Part shown: positions 45,133 to 55,260 of the stretch, one piece after another
Position numbering within the stretch: the first letter of the stretch is position 1
Layout: every line of letters begins with the position of its first letter
IMG/VR virus record: IMGVR_UViG_3300045015_000053
Strand: one strand, 5' to 3'
Origin: a virus
Taxonomy: Duplodnaviria; Caudoviricetes
Length of the DNA stretch: 64,000 bases
Notes under the pieces: model-generated
The model's input: only the letters and a program-made list of their open reading frames with translations
What the model was told of the DNA's origin: nothing
The model's database searches: none
Position numbers and translations under genes: made by a program

Positions 45133-45579
45133 GTGTCTTACTTCAAAGAACGACGTGATCGTCTTTACAGTGCTGGTTTGTGTGTCAATTGTGGAGTTTC
45201 GCCACACACTGCCACGGCAAAGATGTGCGATGAGTGCGGGATCAAAGCAAGGGCTGCTTCCAATGCGTGGCGTGTGGCCCACCCAGATAAGTGGAAAAAG
45301 CTGAAGAACAACAACGCCAAAAAACGGCGAAACGAAACAAGGTTGGAACTGCTTAAAAAGCTCGGTGGCAAATGTGTCTGTTGTGGCGAGGAAAGAGAGC
45401 AGTTTTTGCAGATAGACCATGTCAACCGGGACGGTAGTCGGCATCGAAAGGAATGTCATAACCGTGTTGTCTTGGACTTGCTGAAGAATCCAGACAAATA
45501 CCAAACAAGGGTGTTGTGTGCAAATTGTCACTTTGCCATAACCGTATATGGAGCCTGCCCTCATGAGTCTTCTGAATGA
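45133..45579 (+). CDS. HNH homing endonuclease
   Basis: LCVNCG...GKCVCCG...LQIDHVNRDG...VLCANCH; GGAGG partly inside a 12-bp hairpin (45085-45125). Confidence 0.85.
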   Translation: MSYFKERRDRLYSAGLCVNCGVSPHTATAKMCDECGIKARAASNAWRVAHPDKWKKLKNNNAKKRRNETRLELLKKLGGKCVCCGEEREQFLQIDHVNRDGSRHRKECHNRVVLDLLKNPDKYQTRVLCANCHFAITVYGACPHESSE

Positions 45580-46177
45580 GTATGTCTTCCCGCCTCGTCC
45601 GGGCGGCAGTATTACGGCCGGCGACCTGTCATATTACGAAAAGACTGGTCAGTGGCTGGTACAGCCGAAGTTCAACGACACCCGCCTGCTCACGCACATT
45701 CGGCCCGATGGAACCGTGGTTTTCTGGACCCGGCACCGCACTCGGCCCACCAAATTTGACGCCGCTGGCTTCAGCATCGAAGTCCTGAAGCACCTCAATC
45801 TCGCGCCGGGCCAGGAATACTGGCTCGACGGCGGCGTGATGAATCGCGAGAAAGACGCGGGTGGCGAATTGGTCTTTTTCGACGTTCTGTGCGTCGGGAA
45901 GTACCTGTTTCTGAAGGGCCAAGAGGACCGACTTGCTGCCCTGAGTACAATTTGTCACAACCCGGAGACGTTCAACGAACAGGGAACGGCTCTGAAGATC
46001 GGCGGGCGACTGTACATGGCCCCGATTTTCCGTAAAAACTTCTCCGAACGTCTCAAGTCGCTCTTGACAGTCAGCTACATTGAGGGCTTAATGCTCAGAA
46101 GATGTAGCTCGCAGCTTGACAACTACGGTGTCAAGCAATACGAGGCTTCTTGGATGAAGCGTTGTCGAGTGAAATAG
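45563..46177 (+). CDS. ATP-dependent ligase-like nucleotidyltransferase domain (no OB domain)
   Basis: QPKFNDTR (motif I), WLDGGV, FFDVL, IEGLMLR. Confidence 0.7.
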   Translation: MSLLNEYVFPPRPGGSITAGDLSYYEKTGQWLVQPKFNDTRLLTHIRPDGTVVFWTRHRTRPTKFDAAGFSIEVLKHLNLAPGQEYWLDGGVMNREKDAGGELVFFDVLCVGKYLFLKGQEDRLAALSTICHNPETFNEQGTALKIGGRLYMAPIFRKNFSERLKSLLTVSYIEGLMLRRCSSQLDNYGVKQYEASWMKRCRVK

Positions 46178-46262
46178 TCTGCAATCCATCGGCTACGGCT
46201 GATGTTCAGGCAGAAGCGTTGCCGGATCAAGTAATTCTCACCACGCTCACGAGGAACGTACC

Positions 46263-47480
46263 ATGTCCGCGAAACTGGCCGAAGGCATCAAGCACGTCTA
46301 CGGGACGCTCTACGAGATCCCCCACGACATCATCATCATCCCGAAGAAGGGTGAAGAGGGCGCGAACATCCGCTACCTCTCCGGGGACGACAACAGCCTC
46401 GGCGTGGGTTTCGAGAAGCCCGCGATGGACCGGCTCTACGAGTCGATCAAGAGCAGCGGCCTCCACAACCCGCTCATCTGTCGGTGGATCACGGAGGGCG
46501 ACGAGAAGACCGTCAAACTGGTTGACGGGGAACGTCGCTGGCGGAACGTCGAACGCCTTCTGGTTAAGGACGAGAAGGTCTACGACCCGGCCACCAAGAA
46601 GATGGTCCCGGCGAGTGAACTCTACGGCAAGTTGTTGGTCCGCGTCTACGACGCCGCCGACGACAAGGAAGCCATCCGCCTGTCCTACCAAGAGAACCAC
46701 AGCCGCGTGGCTTTCAACGACAAGGTGGACATCTCGCTGGTCAAGCAACTCCGCGACAAGGGTTTCAAGGACGAGGAGATCCTCGACATCACCGGCCAGA
46801 AGTCGGACTGGCTGCGTGACACGGACAAGCTGATCGCCGCGTTGGAACAAGACCCCGACACGCTGGACGCCCTGTCCCACGGTGTCATCCGCCGTGACGC
46901 GGCCCTGATCTTCATCGGGATCGAGGGCAAGGAAGAACGCAAGGACGCCATCAAGATCGCCACCGACTACGCCGACAAGCAGTACAAGGCGAAGATGGAG
47001 AAGCTCGACAAGTCCATCCGCCGCGCCCGGCTACAGAAGGACGAAGCGGCTACCGCCGAGGCAATCGCGGGTGCGAAGGGTGACGACACGGCCAAGAGTG
47101 CGGCGAAGGACAAGAAGGACGCGGCGGCACAGCGGATCGATGACAAGACCCGCGAGAAGACGGAAACCAAACCCGAAGTCGGTAAGCGTGGCGCGAAGAA
47201 GGCCGCGAAGAAGAAGTCCGGTGGCGCTCGGCCGAACGACGGGCCGAGGGCGATGAGCAACAAGAAGATCACGAAAGAGTTCATCGAACCCTACGACAAG
47301 CTGATCAAGGCTCGCGGCGTGCCGGAAGGCGAAACCGACATGGCGTGCCACCCAGACGTTCTCAAGGCGTTCCGCGACGTGGCGAAGGCCATCGCGACCA
47401 GCGACGAGGGTCAGGCACTGCGGGTGGCGAAGAAGTGGTACAAGCACTTCGTGCTGTACGGCTTCAAGGGCAGCAAGTAA
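46263..47480 (+). CDS. ParB/Srx-domain protein with Lys/Ala-rich C-terminus
   Basis: SIKSSGLHNPLI...LVDGERRWR...ENHSR. Confidence 0.8.
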   Translation: MSAKLAEGIKHVYGTLYEIPHDIIIIPKKGEEGANIRYLSGDDNSLGVGFEKPAMDRLYESIKSSGLHNPLICRWITEGDEKTVKLVDGERRWRNVERLLVKDEKVYDPATKKMVPASELYGKLLVRVYDAADDKEAIRLSYQENHSRVAFNDKVDISLVKQLRDKGFKDEEILDITGQKSDWLRDTDKLIAALEQDPDTLDALSHGVIRRDAALIFIGIEGKEERKDAIKIATDYADKQYKAKMEKLDKSIRRARLQKDEAATAEAIAGAKGDDTAKSAAKDKKDAAAQRIDDKTREKTETKPEVGKRGAKKAAKKKSGGARPNDGPRAMSNKKITKEFIEPYDKLIKARGVPEGETDMACHPDVLKAFRDVAKAIATSDEGQALRVAKKWYKHFVLYGFKGSK

Positions 47481-47484
47481 ACAA

Positions 47485-47520
47485 AACGGGAACACCCGGC
47501 AAAACGCCGGGTGTTCCCGT
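47485..47520. terminator. strong hairpin after the ParB-like gene
   Basis: ACGGGAACACCCGGC-AAAAC-GCCGGGTGTTCCCGT. Confidence 0.6.
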
Positions 47521-47534
47521 CTACATAATGACTG

Positions 47535-47864
47535 ATGATGTACCTTTGCCCCTTCTGTGGCAACCAACTCGACCGCGAGCTTCGTGACGGCATCGCGGAC
47601 TGTTACCACTGTCATCGAGTCTTCGACTCCTGCAAGTACAACCAACTCTCTTCTGCCGCCTGGGTCTTGCAGAAAAACCCACACGTCGATCTCGACCGCT
47701 TCATCTACATGACCAAGTTGTCGCGTGAAGACGCCATCTTCGTGTACGCCTTCATGGTCGATAACTGTTACTCTCACGAAGAGTTTCAGAAGTACCTGCG
47801 GACTTTGGGACTGGCTAAAAAGATCGCTTGCGAACTTGAAGGGTCCGCGATACCATCTACTTGA
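47535..47864 (+). CDS. Zn-ribbon hypothetical protein
   Basis: CPFCG...CYHC. Confidence 0.65.
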   Translation: MMYLCPFCGNQLDRELRDGIADCYHCHRVFDSCKYNQLSSAAWVLQKNPHVDLDRFIYMTKLSREDAIFVYAFMVDNCYSHEEFQKYLRTLGLAKKIACELEGSAIPST

Positions 47865-47921
47865 CGACCGATGACTGGTCGATTGACTTCCACATGACGT
47901 GTACTCCTTCCGAGGGCCGTC

Positions 47922-48425
47922 ATGAAGATCCAAGTTCTGGTCGGGATGATCGCGTCCGGCAAATCGACCTACGCGAAGAATGCGGCGCGGTCGGGCCTTC
48001 TGTGCGTCAACGACGACGCCATAGTCAACATGCTGCACGGCGACGACTACTCGCTCTATAGCACCGCTCTCAAGCCACTCTACAAGACACTCGAAAACAC
48101 CGCGATCTCCACCGTACTTGCGATGGGGAAAACAGTCGTCGTTGACCGTGGGCTGAACGTGAGCTTGGAAGGGCGTCAGCGGTGGCTGGCTCTCGCCAAG
48201 AGTTTCGATGTTCCGTGCGAGGCGGTCGTCTTCGACCACGACGGCGTCACGACACACGCCGAACGTCGCGCCAAGTCCGACTCTCGCGGTCACGACATCG
48301 AATACTGGAAGCGTGTCGCTTTCATCCACAATTCCGTCTACAAAATGCCCACCGTCGAAGAGGGGTTCGATAAAATCCATCGGATCTCTTTCGATGAAAT
48401 CACAGCCGGGAAGGTAATCCAATGA
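47922..48425 (+). CDS. P-loop kinase (AAA_33/polynucleotide kinase-like)
   Basis: GMIASGKSTYA; VVVDRGLN. Confidence 0.8.
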   Translation: MKIQVLVGMIASGKSTYAKNAARSGLLCVNDDAIVNMLHGDDYSLYSTALKPLYKTLENTAISTVLAMGKTVVVDRGLNVSLEGRQRWLALAKSFDVPCEAVVFDHDGVTTHAERRAKSDSRGHDIEYWKRVAFIHNSVYKMPTVEEGFDKIHRISFDEITAGKVIQ

Positions 48426-49279
48426 CCGCACGCTCACTGTCGGGTCGGCCAGTCGCGGACTCCATCGAAGCAGAAATCGCCGTAGAAACGCGGCGATTTC
48501 TGCTTGAAGAGGGTCGCAAACCTTATCTCGCAGTCGTAGTCGTTGGGAACGACCCGGCCAGTCAGATCTACGTCAACAAAAAACGAGAAGCCTGCGAGCG
48601 GGTCGGCGTCCACTGTTGTATTCACCACTTGCAGACGACGGCAGACTTGATTGCCAAACTCGACAGTCTTTCGGAAAACGACGGGTGCGACGGGATCATT
48701 CTGCAACTCCCGCTGCCCGGCGGCGAAAGCCCGGCACCGTACTTCAATCACATCGTCTCTTCCAAAGACGTTGACGTTTTCTCCCCGACGAGCGTCGGCC
48801 TGTTGGACCAGGGCAGGTTCGACTGGGAGCCGTGTACCCCTTCGGCCGTGATGCGGATTCTCAAACACTACGAAATCCCTACGGCCGGCAAGGAAATGGT
48901 GATTTTGAATCGCAGTTGGGTGGTGGGTCGCCCGCTGATGGGGATGGCGGTACACAAAGGGGTGGACGCGACGGTCACGGTGTGTCATGATATGACTCCC
49001 GCCGCGAGTACGGCGCGGCACTGTCGCGAGGCCGACATCATCGTCGTGGCGGTCGGTAAACCGGGGTTTCTGACTTCTGACATGGTGCGACCGGGTCAGA
49101 CGGTGATCGATGTCGGGATCAATCGCATCGACGGCAAGGTGGTCGGAGACGCCGCCGCATCGGTGGCCGAGGTAGTTGAAAACTTGACCCCCGTTCCCGG
49201 TGGCGTCGGGCCGGTCACGGTCGCGTGTCTGATCGAGAATGTCGTTCACGCCGCTTCTATTCGTTCCAAACGTAGTTGA
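48422..49279 (+). CDS. folD: bifunctional methylenetetrahydrofolate dehydrogenase/cyclohydrolase
   Basis: PASQIYVNKK...DGIILQLPLP...KDVD...PCTP...IDVGINR...TPVPGGVGPVT. Confidence 0.95.
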   Translation: MTARSLSGRPVADSIEAEIAVETRRFLLEEGRKPYLAVVVVGNDPASQIYVNKKREACERVGVHCCIHHLQTTADLIAKLDSLSENDGCDGIILQLPLPGGESPAPYFNHIVSSKDVDVFSPTSVGLLDQGRFDWEPCTPSAVMRILKHYEIPTAGKEMVILNRSWVVGRPLMGMAVHKGVDATVTVCHDMTPAASTARHCREADIIVVAVGKPGFLTSDMVRPGQTVIDVGINRIDGKVVGDAAASVAEVVENLTPVPGGVGPVTVACLIENVVHAASIRSKRS

Positions 49280-49496
49280 ATTATGCCGGACACATTCACA
49301 GATTGCAGAACGACCGAGGGCGTGACTGTTGGTTTGGTTGACGCTTTGATTTCGATTGCAAGAGTCCTAGCAAGCAGACATTTGACTTCACCCGAAGTAA
49401 CCGAAGCTTTGTGTGATTTGGCCGACGACGAGGACGTTCAACGTTTGTTTACCAAAGCTTCTGAAGTTGCTTCTATCCGCAACCGGAGGTAATGCC

Positions 49497-50495
49497 GTGG
49501 GCATCAAGATTTTCGGTCTGGACTCTTCAAGAGACTACGCGGCCAAAGTCGCCGCCGAGGTCGGAGTTCCGCTCTCGAACAAAGTCGAAGACTACTTCGA
49601 GGACGGCGAGGCGACTCTTCGCAGCGAGGTGAACGTTCGCGGTCAGGACGTTTACGTTGTCGGCTCTCTGCACACCTGCGAAAAGGAACGGGTCGCCGAC
49701 AAGATCGTGAAGATGCTGATGTTCATCGGCTCGCTGCGTGACGCATCCGCCAGACGCATCACCGCCGTCGTGCCGTACCTCGCCTACCAGCGGCAGGACC
49801 GCAAAACGGTCAGCCGTGCGCCCATCGTGACCAAGTACCTCGCGAAGTGGCTGCAATCCGTCCAGCTTGACCGGCTGCTGACGATTGACACCCACAGCCT
49901 TCAAGCCCTTCAGAACTCTTTCGACAAGACGATCACCGACCACCTCGAAGCCAAACGGCTTCTGGCGACATACGTTGCCGAAAACATCACCAACCCTGAC
50001 CGCATCTCGGTGATGTCGGCCGACATCTCGGCGATGAATCGCGCCAGACTGTTCCGCAACGTGTTGGCGTCCATCTTCGTGGCACGCCGTGTGCTTCCGC
50101 CGGACTTCGAGATCCCGCTGTGCGTGATGGACAAGACGCACGTCGGCCGGGTGATCGAGGGACACATGATCGTGGGCGACGTGAAAAACCGAGACGTGAT
50201 CATCGTGGACGACATGATCGCCAGTGCCAAAACGATGGCCGAAGCTCGAAAAGGCGTACTGGACAATCAGGGTCGCGTCTGGGGTGCGTGTGCCACCCAC
50301 GGCCTTTTCGTGGGCAAGGCGAACGAAAATCTGGCCGGGTTCGACCGGATCATCGTCAGCGATTCGGTGCGAGCCGGCTACCGGCTCAACCCGCAAAACG
50401 CCCAAAAACTCGTCACGATTTCAACGGCCAAACTGTTCGCGGACGCCATCAAACGCATTAACGAGGAAGGTTCGATCAGTGACTTGCTGTCCTGA
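49497..50495 (+). CDS. prs: ribose-phosphate pyrophosphokinase
   Basis: FEDGE...VVPYLAYQRQDRK...IVDDMIASAKT...CATHGLF. Confidence 0.93.
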   Translation: MGIKIFGLDSSRDYAAKVAAEVGVPLSNKVEDYFEDGEATLRSEVNVRGQDVYVVGSLHTCEKERVADKIVKMLMFIGSLRDASARRITAVVPYLAYQRQDRKTVSRAPIVTKYLAKWLQSVQLDRLLTIDTHSLQALQNSFDKTITDHLEAKRLLATYVAENITNPDRISVMSADISAMNRARLFRNVLASIFVARRVLPPDFEIPLCVMDKTHVGRVIEGHMIVGDVKNRDVIIVDDMIASAKTMAEARKGVLDNQGRVWGACATHGLFVGKANENLAGFDRIIVSDSVRAGYRLNPQNAQKLVTISTAKLFADAIKRINEEGSISDLLS

Positions 50496-50588
50496 CGGGC
50501 CGAATAACTGGCAGATTGCCTTCACAAATCCGCCGGTTTTGTCTATACTGACCGCACCTGATTTGGAGCGCATCGCCTGGAGAAAGAC

Positions 50589-51122
50589 ATGAACATGACA
50601 GCCGACGTTAGCGTCCAAAGGGCGCGACTGGCAGAACTCAAGATACAAGAAGCCGAGCTTCTGATGGAGGCTGCCAACATCGAACGCGATCTCGCCGCAA
50701 AAGAGGGCGAGATCCTCAAACTGCGTGGTCAGATCGAACAACTGACACGCGGCCTATCCCACCTCGCATACGGCCCTGTGACGCCCCGCGTGGGGAGTGA
50801 GGTGATCGTCAAGGCCGAAGTGACCGGCAACGCGCCGGCGACAAAGACCAAGAAGCACGGGCGTCCGCGACTCTCCGACATCGAGAACGCCGGTGGTTCT
50901 TCATCCCAACCGTCGCTCGGTGCGGTGATCGAAAAGATCGTCAACGAGTCCAACGGTGTGTCGAAGCCCGAACTCGCGACCAAGATCCTCGCGAGCGGCT
51001 ACGTCAGCCTGTCCGACGACTTCGAGACGATGATCGATCAGGCGATCTACCGTCTGAAAAAGAAGGACAAGATCTACCGCCACCCGGACAGCCTCTTGTT
51101 CTTCAAGAAGGAAGCTGCGTAA
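50589..51122 (+). CDS. coiled-coil protein with C-terminal winged-HTH-like domain
   Basis: heptads, AT-hook-like GRPR, LGAVIEKIV...SKPELATKI. Confidence 0.6.
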   Translation: MNMTADVSVQRARLAELKIQEAELLMEAANIERDLAAKEGEILKLRGQIEQLTRGLSHLAYGPVTPRVGSEVIVKAEVTGNAPATKTKKHGRPRLSDIENAGGSSSQPSLGAVIEKIVNESNGVSKPELATKILASGYVSLSDDFETMIDQAIYRLKKKDKIYRHPDSLLFFKKEAA

Positions 51123-51128
51123 CCGTTC

Positions 51129-51737
51129 TTATTTCGCAGCCGCGTCGATCTCCACGCTCGAACGCATTAGGTTCGCCACGTTCTCTTTGCAGAACCCGAA
51201 CCCGGTGCGTTCGATGAACTCGTAGATGACCCCGGTGAGTGCGTGCGGGGTCGAGAACACCTGCGTTAGACCTTCGCAGTGAAACGGCTTTTCGCTGCTG
51301 AAGGTTCCCCACCCTTTTTCTGCCCATTCTTTCATTTTCCCTTCAACACTCGGCACCTGATACGCCAAGTGGTGTATCCCGCCGATCCCACCGCGAGCCG
51401 CTACCCATTGTCCAACAATGCTGTTCGGCGTCCCGTCAGACACGAAGATTTCCGGTGCCATGTGATAGTCGATGTTCACGGTCGGCAATGCCAGATATGC
51501 GTCTATGCTGATGCCGAGGTCGTCTCTGATGCAGTCGGGGTGTGTCGCGAGGGATTGATGGACCCACGGAGCGTCGGCGACTTTTTCCGGCGGTTCTAGC
51601 GCGATACAGAGGCACTGGTCGCCGCCGCCGAAGTCAATTGTGAACTCTTGTTGGAGCTTGTACCCGAATGCGTCCATGAAGAACTGGGCGGTCTTTTTGC
51701 GGTCTGCGGTTCGGTAAGCAATATGATCCAGTCTCAT
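51129..51737 (-). CDS. VOC/glyoxalase family protein (HPPD-like)
   Basis: LDHIAY...GGIHHLAYQV...QVFS...IYEFIER. Confidence 0.8.
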   Translation of the reverse strand: MRLDHIAYRTADRKKTAQFFMDAFGYKLQQEFTIDFGGGDQCLCIALEPPEKVADAPWVHQSLATHPDCIRDDLGISIDAYLALPTVNIDYHMAPEIFVSDGTPNSIVGQWVAARGGIGGIHHLAYQVPSVEGKMKEWAEKGWGTFSSEKPFHCEGLTQVFSTPHALTGVIYEFIERTGFGFCKENVANLMRSSVEIDAAAK

Positions 51738-51792
51738 CTTTCCTCCTGTTGGGGTTTGACTCTATTATGAAGAGAGAAACACCGGAGGAAAA

Positions 51793-52566
51793 ATGTCACA
51801 AGCTCGGATCGAAGCGGAACTCGCGATTGCCTCGGCATGTCAAAAACCTGCCGAGATCGACGTAATCATGGTGGTACACAACCAGCCCGAACTCACCCAG
51901 AACGCGATTTCTTCACTGTCGCAAACGACGCCCAATTACCATCTGTACGTCTACGACAACGGGTCTGACCAAGAGACGGTTGACGTTCTGAAGAAGGCCG
52001 ATTTACGCGGCGGCAGAATAGTGAGGGGCGAAAGAAACATTGGCTTCCTTTTGCCCAATAACTTGCTTGCGAAGGAGGGGAAAAGCCCCTATATTGTCCT
52101 TCTCAATAACGACGTGTACTGCTTGCAGGGTTGGTGGGAACCGCTGATCGGTTGTCTCCAAAACTACCCCGAAGTCGGCGCGACGGGCTACCTCGGAGGG
52201 TATCTGAACACTCAAGGAGTGGGAACCTCGCCGGCATGGGGGTACGATGTGGACTACATCTCCGGTTGGTGTCTGGCCTTGCGCCGCAAGGACTACGAGA
52301 AATTCGGGTTGTTCGATGCGGAACACCTCGAATTTGCCTACTGTGAAGATGCCGATTTCTGCTTCCGATTGAGAGAAGCAGGACTCACCACATACGCCTT
52401 TGGCCTCGATCTTGTCTGGCACAAAGGCCACGCAACATCAGGAAACATCGATCCGCAACTACTCGGAGGTCCGTTCGCGCGTAACCACGCTTACATAAGA
52501 AACCGCTGGCAAAAGTATCTTGGCCGAAGTACGAGTGGGCTATACAACCCCCTCGCTAATTGTTAA
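51793..52566 (+). CDS. glycosyltransferase family 2
   Basis: VYDNGS...NIGFLLPNN...VLLNNDV...YCEDADFC. Confidence 0.88.
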   Translation: MSQARIEAELAIASACQKPAEIDVIMVVHNQPELTQNAISSLSQTTPNYHLYVYDNGSDQETVDVLKKADLRGGRIVRGERNIGFLLPNNLLAKEGKSPYIVLLNNDVYCLQGWWEPLIGCLQNYPEVGATGYLGGYLNTQGVGTSPAWGYDVDYISGWCLALRRKDYEKFGLFDAEHLEFAYCEDADFCFRLREAGLTTYAFGLDLVWHKGHATSGNIDPQLLGGPFARNHAYIRNRWQKYLGRSTSGLYNPLANC

Positions 52567-52593
52567 ACTCTGTCATCCAATGGAGATGGACCA

Positions 52594-53871
52594 ATGGCAA
52601 AAAACCGCAAGAACAAAGTCGCAGAACCGCACTGCGACTTCTGCAAGCAACCCAAGTCCGAATGCGGGGGCCACCTGATCGAAGGGCCGGGTTCTCTAGG
52701 CAACGGGCGCAACAGCGGGGAGGACACCGTCTGGATCTGCCCCACCTGCATCGGCACCTGCGCTGCGATGCTCAACAAGGCCGGGATTGAGTTCGCGGCC
52801 AAAGAGGAAGAGAACGCTCCGCTGCCGGCTCTCAACGTCCCCGACCCGCGTGAGATCAAGAAACATCTCGACAAGTTCGTCATCGGTCAGGACCATGCCA
52901 AGCGGATCATGGCGGTGGCCGTAGCGAACCACTACAAGCGGCTCGTTTCGACACCCGGCGACTACCTGAAGGATGTCGAGATCGAAAAGAGCAACATCCT
53001 GATGGCCGGGCCGACCGGCAGCGGCAAGACCCTGCTCGCCCGCACCCTCGCGAAGACGCTCAACGTGCCGTTCGCCATCGGTGACGCCACCGCGATCACT
53101 GAAGCCGGCTACGTCGGTGAAGACGTGGAGAACCTGTTGTTGCGACTCATCCGCGCGGCAGACGGCAATCTGGTGGCGGCACAACGCGGCATCCTCTACA
53201 TCGATGAGATCGACAAGATCGGCCGCACCAACCAGAACATGAGTTTGACCCGCGACGTGTCGGGCGAAGGTGTTCAGCAGAGCCTCCTGAAGATGATCGA
53301 GGGGACTATTTCCAACGTCCCTCCGCAGGGCGGGCGGAAGAACCCCGAAAGCAACTACATTCAGTTCGACACCAGCAACGTGCTGTTCATCTGCGGCGGC
53401 ACGTTCTGCGGCCTGAGCGACATCGTGAAACGCCGCGTCGGACGCGGGTCGATGGGGTTCCTCGCGCAGTCGAAGTCGGGTGAACTGACTGACGATGAAC
53501 TGCTGCGTCAAGTCACCACCGAAGATCTCGTTGAGTTCGGGATGATCCCCGAATTCATCGGCCGGCTGCCCGTCCGCACCTCGCTCGACAAGATCACCGA
53601 AGACGGGCTGATCAAGGTTCTGACCGAGCCGAACAACGCGATCATCAAGCAGTACCAGAAGATCTGCCACATGGACAGCGTTTCGCTCAAGTTCGATGAC
53701 GACGCCGTCCGCGAGATCGCCAAACAAGCCCTCGAACGCGACACCGGGGCGCGTGCCTTGCGGGGCGTCGTGGAAGAAGTCATGCTGGACCTGATGTTCG
53801 ACATCGCCGACCACAAGGGTAGCGAGATCGTCATCACCGGCGAACGGGTTCGTCAAAAGAAGGCGGCGTGA
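52594..53871 (+). CDS. clpX: ATP-dependent Clp protease ATP-binding subunit ClpX
   Basis: Zn-binding CDFC; GPTGSGKT; TEAGYVGEDVE; RDVSGEGVQQ; GARALR. Confidence 0.97.
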   Translation: MAKNRKNKVAEPHCDFCKQPKSECGGHLIEGPGSLGNGRNSGEDTVWICPTCIGTCAAMLNKAGIEFAAKEEENAPLPALNVPDPREIKKHLDKFVIGQDHAKRIMAVAVANHYKRLVSTPGDYLKDVEIEKSNILMAGPTGSGKTLLARTLAKTLNVPFAIGDATAITEAGYVGEDVENLLLRLIRAADGNLVAAQRGILYIDEIDKIGRTNQNMSLTRDVSGEGVQQSLLKMIEGTISNVPPQGGRKNPESNYIQFDTSNVLFICGGTFCGLSDIVKRRVGRGSMGFLAQSKSGELTDDELLRQVTTEDLVEFGMIPEFIGRLPVRTSLDKITEDGLIKVLTEPNNAIIKQYQKICHMDSVSLKFDDDAVREIAKQALERDTGARALRGVVEEVMLDLMFDIADHKGSEIVITGERVRQKKAA

Positions 53872-53872
53872 C

Positions 53873-54292
53873 ATGTCGGACGTGATCGCGACGTTCAAGA
53901 AAACTGCGGATGGCCTTATCGACCACGATGGGGTCTATCCCAACTTCGTCGTTTACGAGGCTGAGAACGGCTCTGCGAACGTCGAGTTCGTGGAGCGTTG
54001 CGAGCCGATCATGGTGATGTGCCGCGCCTTCGACAAGATCCACAACCTCAAGTCGAAGAAAGTCGTTTTTTGCATCGACCGCTACACCGATCCCGAATTC
54101 GGGATCGACACAAAAGATTTCCTCGCCGTGTACTACTGGGACGAGTCCGCTTGGAAGTTCGGCGTCCTCGAATACGACGACGGCAAGACCCGTGAGATTC
54201 GGTGGGACCACGCCGCGTGGGGCAAGTGGCACAAGCGTTTTGGCGACGAGATCAAACAGGCTATGATGCAGTTTCTGAAGGTGCGGTCATGA
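53873..54292 (+). CDS. hypothetical protein
   Basis: coupled ORF. Confidence 0.65.
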   Translation: MSDVIATFKKTADGLIDHDGVYPNFVVYEAENGSANVEFVERCEPIMVMCRAFDKIHNLKSKKVVFCIDRYTDPEFGIDTKDFLAVYYWDESAWKFGVLEYDDGKTREIRWDHAAWGKWHKRFGDEIKQAMMQFLKVRS

Positions 54293-55260
54293 AGTTCCAC
54301 ACGCCACGCAAGAGGGTTACTGAGCGGGTGCCGTGCGCCGAGTGCGGCACCAAGCCGTTCACCCCGTACATGATCCAAGACGACCTTTGGAAGAAGGTCG
54401 CCGGTAACACGAGCCTGCTTTGTCTTTCTTGTTTCACCAAGAAGCTAGGCAGAAAATTGAAGTTGGATGACTTCAAACCGTGCCAACTGACTAATTTGAT
54501 CATGTTGGGGAATTCGATTGGCACCGGAGAAGAAATCGACATGACCGAAGGCTACAAAGACGAGCCGGCGAAGGTTCACTTTCGGATGATCGGGGACGTT
54601 CACGGCGAACTCTTGGAATACATCAAGCTCGCGAAGGGGGCCGAATACTCGCTGCAAGTCGGCGACCTCGGCTTCGACTGCATGGGGCTGGAACAGTACC
54701 TGTCTCCGCAGCACCACTTCGTCGTGGGCGGCAACCACGACAACTACAACACGCTCAACGACGGCGAGACGTTCTACGATCAGCCGCCGCACTACCTCAA
54801 GGACTTCGGAAGTCTGGAACTGCCCGGCGTCCCGAAACTGTTCTACGTTCGCGGCGCACGCAGCGTTGACAAGGACCGCCGCACGGCCGGTCACGACTGG
54901 TGGCCTCACGAGGAACTGAACTACCGCCGGATGACCGACGCCATCACCGCCTACAACGAGGCCAAGCCCGATTTTGTGGTGAGCCACGAGTGTCCGGCGT
55001 TTCTGGTCAACGAGGTGACGCGGTGGAAAGTGCCGCTGCGTCCGAGCAGTACGGCCTTTGCACTGGAGTCGATGTTCGAGAACCACCAGCCGAAGGTGTG
55101 GATTTTCGGACACTTCCACAACGACTGGTCGATGGAGTTCAAGGGAACCTATTTCCGCTGTCTCGACATCCGCACCACTTACGACCTGACCTTCCCATTT
55201 GGGATCGATGAGTTCGTCTCTGGTGGCAAGATCACGAGTTTGAACATCGGGGGCAAATGA
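54289..55260 (+). CDS. metallophosphoesterase with N-terminal Zn-finger
   Basis: CAECG...CLSC; GDVHG, GDLG, GNHD, SHECP, GHFH. Confidence 0.88.
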   Translation: MKFHTPRKRVTERVPCAECGTKPFTPYMIQDDLWKKVAGNTSLLCLSCFTKKLGRKLKLDDFKPCQLTNLIMLGNSIGTGEEIDMTEGYKDEPAKVHFRMIGDVHGELLEYIKLAKGAEYSLQVGDLGFDCMGLEQYLSPQHHFVVGGNHDNYNTLNDGETFYDQPPHYLKDFGSLELPGVPKLFYVRGARSVDKDRRTAGHDWWPHEELNYRRMTDAITAYNEAKPDFVVSHECPAFLVNEVTRWKVPLRPSSTAFALESMFENHQPKVWIFGHFHNDWSMEFKGTYFRCLDIRTTYDLTFPFGIDEFVSGGKITSLNIGGK

